From assembly GCA_022813965.1 (NCBI GenBank), contig JALDZS010000086.1, positions 1-64,000 of the forward strand: a stretch of 64,000 bases of DNA, given 5' to 3'. Positions 26,812-38,612 of the stretch are shown here, one piece after another (position 1 is the stretch's first letter; every line of letters begins with the position of its first letter). Position numbers and translations under genes: made by a program. The DNA is from Toensbergia leucococca (Eukaryota). The notes beneath the pieces are model-generated. The model was not told the DNA's origin. It made no database searches and saw only the letters and a program-made list of their open reading frames with translations.

Positions 26812-29800
26812 TCAAGTCCTAGAATCCCAAAGGGGCCGCATCAGCCAGCCATTCTACGGGAATCTCCCCGGCCCCGGCCCCTATGGGAAGAGCCGGGCTT
26901 TTGCTCGTACCAGTCAACGTCACTAAGTTGTAATTTCCTTGCGCGCTGACCACTTCGATTCGTGCCAGACTTGTCAGCGGGCCTGGCATTCGCGCTGGTC
27001 GACGGCGGTTGATGCAGCGTTGCATTATGCTGGTGATGAGAAACGCCTTGTCTCTCACCAGCAAGACCTTCAGAGAAACGATTGTGAGTAGCTGTAATTG
27101 ACGGGATCAAGATGGGGATATTGGGGTTTGGTTGAGAGAAATAACTAAAGTAAATATCATTATCTGTACCGTCTTGGTCTGCACTCGAGTCTTGCAGATC
27201 GTAATTCAAGACTAGGCTCTTAATACGCTGTTGTTCTGCACGTTCAGCTTCCTTTTGGGATTTCATGGCAACAGCGAATTGCGAATTGGAGGGCATTGCG
27301 ATAGTGCGGGTCTAAAATAGAAATCAGCAGTAATCTTCTTGGGACAGCTACGGCTTCCCCAAGTCATACCTGCTGTCTGTTGCCTTTCTTAGTCATAAGG
27401 GAGAAAGCCATGGTAGTCGGTGGAGTCATGGGACCCTCGCTGGGGCTGTCATCACCAGCAGTGGACAGATCGCGCTGCGCACGGCGCATTGGGAGCGGAA
27501 CATCAAACATTGGCTTGCGGTCGAATTTGCGTGAATCTAAACTCTCCGACATCATCTTTGCAAGCTCTCTGTCAAATTCTGCCTCAGCTTCAGGATCACG
27601 TTCTTCCTCTTGGCGAGTCACGACAATGTCTTCGTCAAAGTCGGAATCATGTTTCGCGTCACCGTTTGTCAGCGGCTAGATGACTTGTGAGCATATATCA
27701 GTGAAAGAATTAGGAATTCCTGACCTCTGTCTCAGCTTCGTCACTAGATGAGCGAGCTTCCTCCATTTCGGGAACTCGAAGCTCGTCATCATCAGCGTCA
27801 TTGTCGGATGAATCATCTTCATCGAGTCCCTCAGGTTCAGTAACCTTCTCAGGCTCTTGGCTTTTGTAATTCTGCGCAACTGCATCGGCAAATGCACGAC
27901 CAGCTTCATCAAAATTAGCAGCAAGCTTCCATTGAGGATTCGTTAAAGTGAATGTGTCTTGAATAATGAAATCAATATCCATGGGGAGGCCTTCTTTCGT
28001 ATGAATGTAGTACTGCGTATTGCTTAGCAGAGCTCGCAACCCAAGATTCGTCTAGACTACAAACCTGGAAGAAAGTGAGAAAGAAATCGAGTTTCTTCTT
28101 CGCAGCGCCGCGGTCAAAGCATACGCCACATGTGTCAAGCATATTACAAACAAGGCGGATCCGAAAAAAATCGTCTGGCATGTCTAAGGGGTTCAGTAGG
28201 CCTGGCGTCGGCGTTCCGCTTGCTTTGAATAATCAGCGTCTTTCCAACTCGAGAGGTCGGATAGGGTGATACTTACGATGTCCAAAGGTAACAATGCGAT
28301 ACAGGGTGTCAAAGATCACTGGCGAATCAACCATCTTGTAATTATATAATTCGCCAAGATACTTGACCTCTGCAAGCCGACGCTGATTGAATTTGAAATC
28401 ATTCTGCTCTAAACCCAAGGTGATCTGCTCTAGCAGGTTGTCAATGACCGATATGATAAAGTCTTGATGATAACGATAAAGCGCTCCGACTAAGATCGCC
28501 AACAGATGAATATTGCTATACTTGACTTTTCCCGGCTTTGAGAATATCTTCTCTAGTATGGCGACGACCTATATTATATGAGCAGGTACGCAGTACGAAT
28601 CTTGCGGATATATTCTCACCTCTTGCTCTTCCCAGTGGAGTTTGCGAATAGATTTCAATACTTTGGGATATGTACGCTTGTTCATGTCCAGATAGACCAG
28701 CTTCCTCACGAACAAGTCCACTGGAGTTCTCTCTTTCTGTTGGATAGCAGCTCGTTCAGGAGGGTTCACGTAGTACAAGGCGTTCTCGATCAACATTCGC
28801 TCCTGCTGGCCAATATGTTGCGCTGCTTTTTTCCGCTGTAGAGTTTCAAGAAAGGAAGTCATTCTTGGAGAAGTGTCCGGATTTCGCAACAAGTAACGCC
28901 CGCAGTTCTCCAAGAGGTTGCAGATAATCTCAATGTTCATCCTGGAAAAGTCGTCCAGACTGACCTTGAGGCAATGGAAGATAACGTGCTCGGGAACAAC
29001 ACCGAATTTTGTAAGTTCGGCAAGATAACGAATGTTACCAGTTCGGACCTGACCAAGAAAATCCTTTTGTTTGCGCCGTTGAAGGCTTCTGAACTCATCA
29101 TCTAGGTAAGATACCAGACCGTGAGAAATATCAGGCATATACTTCCCAAGGGTTGCAACAAGCCTGGAATACGAAGGAAGCAAGTCTGATCGCCCTTTAG
29201 GCACTTCCTGAACAGCTTTCACTAGGCGGTTTCGTGAAGCCTTGGAGTTTAAGAAGCAGAAGTCCATTGCGGCCTGATCGATCATTTCCTTATTTTGTAA
29301 TTCGGGAAGACGAGCCAGAAGAGCGTCTACTTGCGCTCCAACGGTCTTGTTGGCTATTGCAGTAGACTGATCATCTAAAATGCTACTTGACGGCAGCTTC
29401 TCCTGGTTATCCTTTGGCAGGCTGTCGGCGGCTGAATTCTCTACTCGCTTACCAACTTGCTCATCTCCATCTGGCTTCTTCTTCTTGACGTCCTCGAGCA
29501 AGACACCAGGTACTCTCTCTTGCAGGTCAATCAGATTCTCATAGAAGCGCCGCTCCTCATCGTCCTCCCAGATTCCTGCCCCGTCTCCCTGTCCACGTAA
29601 GTATTCTCCGGTCTTCACTAGGCCAATCGTCGAATTTCCCACCACGTCAGGCGCGTCCTTTTCTTTCAAGTCTGGCATTTCAGATCCCAGAGCATCGCAT
29701 AAGATATGGGCATTGGCAACAAGCTTCTCTTGCGACTTGACCTGCTTATCATAATTGGCTTGCCGATCCTCGAAAACCTCGCCAGACTTCACATAGGCTT

Positions 29801-30918
29801 CCGCATTTCGACGTCCCTGTGCTGATATTGTTTTCTGGTCCCGGACAATATGGATCTTTACATCGTCAAGATATCGGTCCAGGACATTCTGGAATCTCTG
29901 CCGAAGCTCGGGATCTGTAAGCGGGGGGTCATTCGCAGTGGTATTAGAGCTCGCATCTTCATCGGTAGAGCTCTGATCCCCGGTTTCGGGTGAGGCAGCC
30001 GTAGCACCGTTGGGTTCAACGGTCTTTCGACCATCAACGGTAGCCGACTTAACACCAAGTATGTCCCAAGCAAAGCTCTTGACAAATAGCACCACTAAGG
30101 GTAGACTAGAATGTTCTTTGTCGTGTCCTAGCAAATCCTTCAGAACTTCAAGAGGGAATGGCTCGACATCAGTGTTTCGCTCCATCTTGACCCCATTCTG
30201 CCCAGTTCTACTCTTATTTCCAGCTTCCCCTAGTCTTGTATTGACACTTCCAGAGTTTTCCTTCCCCCTAGCCATAGCATCGTCTGGCTTTGCCACGTCT
30301 TCTAGACTCCTGATCAAGCCAACAAGCCATAGCTCGGTCACGACCTTTAGCAACACCCTCTGCCTACCAAGGCGCTCCTTTTCTTCTTTCTCTCGTGCAT
30401 CCTGTGCCAGAGCCTTGAGCTGAGCCTTTTCTGGAGTGCTCAGGCCCCTCCCCAGCAACCATGCTAAATAACCAGTAAATTCAGCTGGGCCAAAACGCTG
30501 GTGCAATGCGCTAACAATCTCAATCCCAGCGGTGATTTCCCCAGGAGTCTTGAGCCTGCAGAGGCCTTCATAGCTAGCAGATATGACCTCTGAAAGGTAT
30601 TTGTGGAGAGAAAGCGAACGTATTTCCAGGAGGAATGTTGGAAGGGCTGACGCTGTGATGGCAGTCCTGAGACGTTTTATGAAAGCGGTATTCTTTTTCA
30701 AAGACGAGTCGAGAGCGTTGTTGGCCGGGAAGATGTCTTGTGGGGAATGAGCTTATGATGGACTCATGTGATGGGTGGAGAAGGGATACCTTTCTCGCCG
30801 GCCCACGCCTGGGCGTTGAGGTGGCGCAACTCGCCTTGAGCAAGGATGAGTCAGTAAGAGTGTAGACATGTTTTCGGTATAGTATCCATGAGGACTCACG
30901 CTTTCTCTTACGATCCAT
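26812..30918 (-). CDS. NMD2: Nonsense-mediated mRNA decay factor Upf2/Nmd2 (MIF4G x3)
   Basis: MDRKRKR start, LDSSLKKNTAFIKRLR, IWEDDEERRFYENL, RYLAELTKF, DDFFRIRLVC, FSLMTKKGNRQQ. Multi-intron. Stop is at 26841 if the last candidate intron is unspliced, or 26812 if spliced. Confidence 0.93.
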
Positions 30919-32177
30919 GATGGATAGTGTAGATCAATGTTGTTGGTAGAATGTCGTATGGCGCAAGTGGAGGGGCTTAGGGAGTAGTCATAAGTACAAT
31001 TTGGAAATGGGCCGTGCAATGACCTTTGGGCAGCATGAGTCTTAGCTCTTCGTCGCTGACTGCAAGCATTGAAGCTTCGAGATAATCGGCAGGATTATCA
31101 ATGTACGATTTGGAGGCTTAATGGTGGATCCGAAGTAAATTGAATACCTTAGTGAAGGGAGCGGAAGTGGGATGGTACGGAGCGTAGGGTGGAGGGCGGA
31201 ATGCGGCAATTGTCACATGAATATTTAATCTCTACAGAGCTCATTTTCGATTTCTCTTTTCTCTCTCGCACATGGTCCAATCTCTATCTGCTTCTTGTAT
31301 GCCTAGATATCATCAATATTACTTGAGATTTGATTCCTAATGGCGCTGGTACAACGATGCAGTGATTTGTGTTCTTCTTTGAGAGAGTGGCATTAGCATT
31401 GTCTAACTAATACCATCACGCAACGCAGAAAGAAAGAAAGCATTGACAGAGTAAGGCTACTTGTACACTGACCCTCTCCAATTCCGCACCCCTAGGGAAG
31501 ATCTTGATTCTTGCTTCAACTGTGAGTCATTGTGTTCATCTCTGCTGCGTGCCATCTACCTCTGTTGCAAGTAGCTACAATCTGAAGGCCTGAGATCGTT
31601 TATCAATCATTTAATTTGTGTCATCCTCATTGATACTTTTACCCTTTTTTTCATCTTCAGCGTCTATGTCTTGTGAATCACATTGTTTCCTCGGTTTTGC
31701 CTCACTGTCGGGTTCCTGTCTTAGTTCACATTCTCATTCACCACAAATCATTTCTTAAACTCAGCTCAAACTTTATAGCAGGAAAGAAATGACCAAAATC
31801 TTTCTTGAGAGTAAAACACATCTTCTTGAACAAAGCTTGTCCCTTTGAAGGAATATATATTGATTGGAATTAAAACAAGTCTTTCAAGAACAGAAAACAT
31901 CTCTTCAGGACGGAATATGTTTCTTTAGGACAAAACACGTTTCCTTCAAATTGAAAGTTGTCCTTCTTAGGTGGGTGTCAAGTAAAACTTAATACCTCCT
32001 TATTCCTTTTCAAGAAAACGTTTCTTAAGTCTTGCGATTCTCTTATAAGCCGCACTTCTTCCTTTGGAACGTACTGATTCCTTCTCTGCTTATTCATCAT
32101 TTTCAAATCATCTCAAAGATAATCTATCGGATCATACTATATTATCTCCTCACTTCTAGCTTTACACAACTGCTCAT

Positions 32178-32530
32178 ATGGTGCACCAAGACCTGAAATT
32201 TATTGATAAAAGATTGGAGACTTGCATTCCCAAGATGGATATTATGATTGAAAAACTCGAGACATACTGCTACAAGGTGGACATTATGACTGAAAGATTG
32301 GAAACGCTTAGTCTGCAAATCGCCGTACTTATAAACTCCTTGAACGAGCATCTAAGGGAAGTTAAGAACATGAATAATCAAGTAGAGACGTAACACTCTC
32401 CTGCAACTTATTGGGAATGATATTTGAAGCTGACAATATGATTCAGCGAGGACAACTCTCCAGCGAGGTCATTCAATTCTTCGATAAACAACTCACAGAC
32501 CCCATTCCAGCAACTACACACCCATCATAA
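32178..32530 (+). CDS. Small orphan coiled-coil protein (~95 aa) with 14-aa repeats
   Basis: ORF 32178 plus intron 32382-32446 (GTAGAG..GCTGAC..CAG) gives an in-frame second exon RGQLSSEVIQFFDKQ..HPS*. Confidence 0.45.
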
Positions 32531-33503
32531 TCGTACGGCTACGAGCTTCCCATGCAATGGGACAGCCCTAACAGATATACCCCGTAAGATACAAGTTGCA
32601 TATTCAAGATGAAGCTTTTTTGAATGTTTCTTAGGAAGCAAATTGTAAGACCTTCTTCTCGCCTACGGGCGATTTACGCTCGGCAACACGGAGGACTTGA
32701 GAAGACCGACTGGACTACTTTTTGCGCATCGCTACGCCTATTTTGTGAGCACAGGTGCCAGGGTGCAGCCAAAGCAAAGTAGCTGTTGACGGGAAGGTAT
32801 GGTAGAGATCTGAGATCGGTGAAGAGTGATAGTTTCTTCATGCTCTACGTACCACAACTTCGAGACTTGGAAATTGAACCCCAATCACCTCATCATCCCA
32901 ATCATAAAGCATACTGTGAGAAGGACTCTTTTCTTGCCTGCACATTTTACGTTCTAAAAGCCTTCCATAAACTTCTGCCTACATCTCTTCAACAGATCAA
33001 TTTTGATCTGATGCGTTGCACTGCTGACTTTTGCCTTTGCTTGGAAGTCTTGGAGGCATCATTGTGTTGACGAATGTATTACGGTCTGCAGAGCCACTGT
33101 CTATAATACCTTCTTGACTCTCACTCTCATCCTTCCTCTGTTTATTTTCGGATCTTGTTTTCTCTGCGTCTGCTAAGTTTCTTTGCCATGGTATGGTTTT
33201 CCAGCATCTGATGTTTCATACATCATGCCTCTGCACACACTGAGAATATTATTAAACCTTTTAGATTGCCTGAGGCTCTCCACATTTCCGCAATGTATAT
33301 GCGACCATCTACTTAGCCTTTGGTACCTTGACTCCGTTACGTCGGACAGCCGTTTCATCAAGATAAAACTCACCAATTACACAATCTCATATTGCCGACG
33401 CCTACTCCCCACTTCCAACATGAAAATCATTATGTCTATTGCCTTTCGAGATCTTCGGATCTACATCGCTCAACCTTCATCTTGAGATCTCCAAGCAAAA
33501 GCC

Positions 33504-34827
33504 ATGCTTGACCAGCGTGACCTCACCATCCTCAATCCAACCGCACCCGACTTCAGTCTTTGCCACCCCTTCTATGGCACAGGCCTTTCGCGTGCAGATT
33601 GCACGCAGGCGGGAGATCTACAGCTTCCTCAAGGGTCGACTCAACGTGACTACTACCTTAGTAATCCACGCATGACTAATTCACTACCATTCAGCGCCTC
33701 CGTTGGTGAGCACTCCCATAGATTTCCCTACCTTCTAGCTGGCCTAGACTTACGGTAAAGTTAGGTGCTTGTGTGATTTCAGTCGAGCATGCTGGCCCAG
33801 ACTTTGCTGCGCCTTCCTTTCTCCCAATCGCTCCAGACACTATCCGTGGCATGGCTGGCCACATCATCGAAAAGTGTGCCTCACAAGGCCTCGGCGGTTT
33901 CGTCACTTACGGTCTGAGCAATATCATAGCCTACATGAGAACCGCCGGCGTCTGGGTAGACAGCGAAATCAGTTGTAAGACCCCTTCACGCCATCGAACA
34001 TCTCTATACTAACACGGCCTGCACAACAGTAACGAACCTCGGCTTCATAACTGTCTCCGTCACCGGTCCCAATGGCAAGTATTCCCAACCCGGCGACCGC
34101 GATCCGGAATTACCTCGGGCTCTCGCAGACGCGGAGATGAAGATGGCACAGGACTCCGTTCTGGCGGCAGGGCTCAACAGGGCATTTTGGGACAATTACG
34201 GAGACCTTTCGGTCAAAGCGGAGGAGATGCAACGCGGCAGCGACGAGACTTGGTGGGGTCCTGGCCCGGATATGGATGCCGTCCAGGAAATGACCTATGA
34301 ATGTGACCAGTATCTCGGAAGCCCAGCCGTCCTCGATTGTGCGCAGCTGCAGTACCAGGATCTTGGACCCTCTTCCGCTACCGTGAATATTGTGCCCGGG
34401 GCACCAAAGCTCTTCCTATCCAGTAAGCCCTAATCAACCCCCCCCTCTTTCCCCCCTTCCCAAGCACACCACCTCAACAAACACCAACTCCATCCTCCCA
34501 GAAACCTGCGGCCTAGCCATCTCAGCAACAACACCAACAACCCTCACCTGGACCCAGATCCAATCCGCCGCAAACGCCCTCATCAACGCCTGCGTCCTGG
34601 ACCCCTACGCCGGCTCCTCGGGCGGCAAAGCCTACTATGGCACCCCTCCGCCCCACTCAGCCGGCCGGAGAGCAAAGAGACAGTCTTCGTCGCAGGTATC
34701 GGGCCTGAATGCATTGCCGCCGCATGCCAACGCGACCATTTTCGCGCATGGGCTGTCGAGTTCGCTGAGTTGTGATTGGGAGGCTGCTAGTCGTGGGATG
34801 CCTGTTGCGGCTTGTGAGACGGCATAA
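33504..34827 (+). CDS. Cys-containing two-domain protein, lineage-specific, possibly secreted; N-terminus uncertain
   Basis: Four exons joined by GT-AG introns (~33706-33765, ~33974-34029, ~34423-34501). Two related Cys-patterned units, each ending C-x(n)-GG. Confidence 0.65.
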
Positions 34828-36413
34828 AGTGGTGGAGGGTAGAGTCGAGGTTTAGGGGTTGCTGTTTTGTACGTTGCATCTTCTTCAATGGGGTGAGTTT
34901 CGGTGCTTTTTTTTTGATATGCATCTATGCATTTGCGAGGCGCGTGTGACTTTCTGCATTGCATGTGACAGACACTCTTTGGAACCCCATCCATCCATCC
35001 GCTATGACATGAACTATGAAAAACCAGTTTCTTTTCAAGTGAGCTTATGAGCAGGGGTGTTGCCGATTCTTGAGAAGATCAAGACTGAACGAAAAAAGAT
35101 GACACGGAAACTCCGCGGACAAATTCCATCAAAATCCTGATGCCCACTTATCATCGCACACAAGAAAACCTGTAAGACAATTTCCCACCCACATTGTTGA
35201 CTCATCCCTTCAGTCCATAATACGATCTCCATCCTCCAATTCCGAGAAAAAAGAAATCTTAACCCCTGCTTCCACGCCCTCAATCCAATCTCCCTTCTCC
35301 CACCACCCCACCACCCTCACCACTCTCACTCCATCGTCTTCCCCAAATATACAACCTAGCTAATAACTTCTCAACACAATCGTCTCTTAGACGCAAATAA
35401 GCTGGTTATGCTCGAACCAGTGAGCGGGGTTTTATCCGGTAGTAGTCTGTAGGTTCGTGCAGAGATTGATGTGAGCGAGGTATATGTGGAGGAGAGATTG
35501 GTGGTGTCCGGGGGGTGGAGAATAATGGGATGAAAAAGCCTGTGGGGTTTGTGGCTCGGGAAGTGGGGGGAAAGGTGTTGGGGGGTTGGGTTATGAGTTG
35601 GAGTAAGAAGAGGGAGAAAGAGTGGAAGGGCGTTTGTTGATCTTGCTGGCTTTGCTGTGGAGGATTACGAACGGGGTAAGATGGTGATGGGAAAATGAAT
35701 TTTTTGAGTAGGTCAGGGTAAGTTGGCATGCTGGCGTAGGGGAAGACAATGTGTCGAATTGTATCGTAATAAGTAAAGCTGCATCTAGATTGAGGTCAAG
35801 AAAGAAGAGGCGGCTATGGGTGGTAGCCATTTATGATTTATGAGGGAATAGGTGATGATGCGATTCCTCCTGGGATAGCATGCCGAGAGATGGTGTGTAT
35901 GCCTTGAGGCCGGAGGGGGGGACAAGGAGCCATGCCGTCTACCGCAATGACGGGGCCGTTTTGGTTTTTGGGTTTCTAGGATGATGATGAGCAAGCAACA
36001 AGATTTTCAGCGATCGAAGGTATAAGGCTTTGCGGCTATCGATGAAGTGAGGGTACATCCAAATGAAGCAAAGGGAGTTTTCGTTTACTCGTACAATGCA
36101 GATATGAGTTACCTCGCTTGGTAGCGTTCTCACCAAGCGAGGTAACTCATATCTGGAATGTACGAGTATTTCAGTGATTGCAGAAAGCCTAAGAGCTCAT
36201 CGGTTGCTTGAACTGCAATGCAAAAGTAAATCTGCATGTTGTGTATGTAAGGAATCGACATAGAGAAAAGAATTAATATAAGGGGTCGTAACATAAAGCG
36301 ACCGCGTGAGGAGCACGAGGGAAACACCTGCGAAAAGGAAACGTCGAGAGAATGGAAACTCAAACAGAAGGGAAGCCGATGTTCCCGATACATTAAAGTC
36401 GACACGAAACTCA

Positions 36414-37073
36414 TCATTTCCCTCGTGCATCTTGCACTCTTTTCTTCTTCTCTCTATCCTCCTGCTCCTTCTTCTCCTTCTCCCGTTGGACCTGTGTTTC
36501 TTTTTTCTTCTGCTCCTGCCGTCGTTTCTCGTCTTCTCTCAGGCTTATCCGTTAGCTGCTATGCTAGCACTGTGTTTCCGAACCTCGGCACACCCTTTCA
36601 TTCCCACTTAGGGAAAGAGATCAAGCCTTACCGGCAGTTTGCTTCTGAAGGCCCAATGTGTCGACCTCAGGGACGACAGGAGCTGTCGCTTTAAGGTATG
36701 CAGTTGCTCCAAGCTTGACCAACGGAACCGAGCTATCCACTACAAGAAAAGATTCATCAAAGGATTTTGCGCCGTCCTTTTTGTACCAACGGAGTTCTAC
36801 TCGGCCAATTGGCGAATGAAGCGTAGCCCTAGAGTCCATCACAGGCGTATATTGACACTTTTGGTAGGGCACCCTCAAAACATCTACCACAACGGCTTTT
36901 GAGATTATACTAATCGGTAAAATCTTATCCACGTCTGCACGTATGGAACGCTCGGATTCTTCGGCGTCCGAAGCGTTGGAGAAGACGGTAATGTCAATAG
37001 AGTTCTGCAAATCCTACAAGGCATTCATTAGCCTAATATTTGAGTTTGAGCGAGTGAGATTGAATTTCACCAT
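36414..37073 (-). CDS. Degenerate retropepsin-like (aspartyl protease fold) protein with C-terminal charged coiled coil
   Basis: ATG, intron 37014-37070, then DLQNSIDITVF..ADVDKILPISIIS..SPIGRVELRWY..FLVVDS..LVKLG. A further intron starting ~36630 leads to EDEKRRQEQKKK..GK*. Additional upstream exons are possible. Confidence 0.55.
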
Positions 37074-37824
37074 CGATGTCAGAGCCGGATTATCGCCGGG
37101 TGAATCCCGGCGAAGCCAAAATACGCGCAATAGGCGGGGAAAGATATCCAGACTGGCGATGTTCGAGGCTACAGGAGTAAATCAGTCTTTGATCAGCGGG
37201 AAAACCCAGGTTGGTTGAGCGTCTTCTTATGAGACTTGAGCCTTTGCAGCCTCGCTGGATACATGGTCGAGTACATAAGAGCTGTAGCAGATGTCTTGGC
37301 TGAATTGAACTGACATGCAGCCTTTCTTCTTCTTCCCAAAGCCTCACTCATTTGCTCTGACCTGTACGTAGCATACCAATGATAGGAGCCGAAATCGTAA
37401 GGCAAAGAATGTCGCGGAAGCTGCATGCATGCCTGCTCAGGCAAGATAAGCCTTTAGAACACCGCATGATATATTAGGCTGGACGGGATAGGTCAAAGGT
37501 ATGACTATTCCTTCCACTCGCGCCCTAGAAAATCCGGATACCATTTTGATCCTCCAGTGACCTGCTTCTCAGAAGACTAAGACTCTTTGACTTCATGGCT
37601 GATACACACTGATTTCGTTGCTGTATTACGTATCTCAGTAACAACGTAAAAGTCTGGGTGTGTTCTTTTATCGGCTTTCTCATCGTCTCACCCAAACCAG
37701 GTGCAACAGTGCTCGCGGTGCAAGTACACAATTTGAGGGAAACTACCCGTTCTCGATCTACCAATCATCGTTAGGCAGAAGGAGTGGTAGGGGTCCTGTA
37801 TGACTTCGCACGGCATGCAGGCTT

Positions 37825-37965
37825 CGCGCCGACAACTGAAATCCGCAAAGTTTAGGCGACGCCTCACTTAGGATTTTCGGATTTTAGTTGTCGGCACGAG
37901 GTGGTAGGCATGGTAGGGTTACATTACCCGCGCTCGCGCCGACAACTGAAATCCGGAAATCCTAC
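37825..37965. repeat. Three copies of a ~31-bp element (two direct, one inverted)
   Basis: CGCGCCGACAACTGAAATCCG at 37825 and 37935; near-identical inverted copy at 37867-37898. Confidence 0.9.
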
Positions 37966-38612
37966 TCGTGCAATCCAGACATGACTCAGTTACCTATTCC
38001 GGTAAGCGTCTCGCATAGTAGTGAACAGGTGAGTGGGGCGGAATCCCCCTAATGATGGGAGGATCCGCGTAGATTGATTGGTGGACATCCCTGTTTCACG
38101 ATCAGCACGATGCGCTTTACCGAAATAGGCAACTAAGTCATATCTGGATTGTACGAGTAATCGTGCGATTTGATCGGATTACGGAATGTATTACCGGCGC
38201 AAGGTTCCTCAAAGTACCTTAGCTTACTGAACTTATGCAGAAGCTGTTTGATGCATGGCCTAGGTAGGTAATGATCTGCACTCTCATATCTCACTAGAGT
38301 CGAGGCAAGGTGTAAAAAGTCAATCGAGGGAACTTTTTACACTTCGCCTATGAGATTTGCTGATACTCTGTACTTTCATTAGAGAAATTCGAGATTCATA
38401 TGATGTTCTTAACACCAATTGAAGAAACGCCGTTACGTATCTCCATCAAGGACGAGGATCAAATACATCAGTCATACATTGTATTCTACTCGCATCGTAC
38501 TGACTATCAACAAACAGCGTGAAAGGCAGCAGTACGGAGTATTGAATCGAAAACTATCCGTCGCTTATATTGATTGCCCAAAGACGTCAGGACAAAGGTT
38601 TAAGCAACCAGC

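Noticed and set aside
35406..36417. Several short overlapping ORFs
   Set aside because: No coherent exon chain or motif; compositionally skewed convergent intergenic DNA
37825..37965. CRISPR-like array
   Set aside because: Eukaryotic DNA, only three copies with one inverted, irregular spacing, no cas genes
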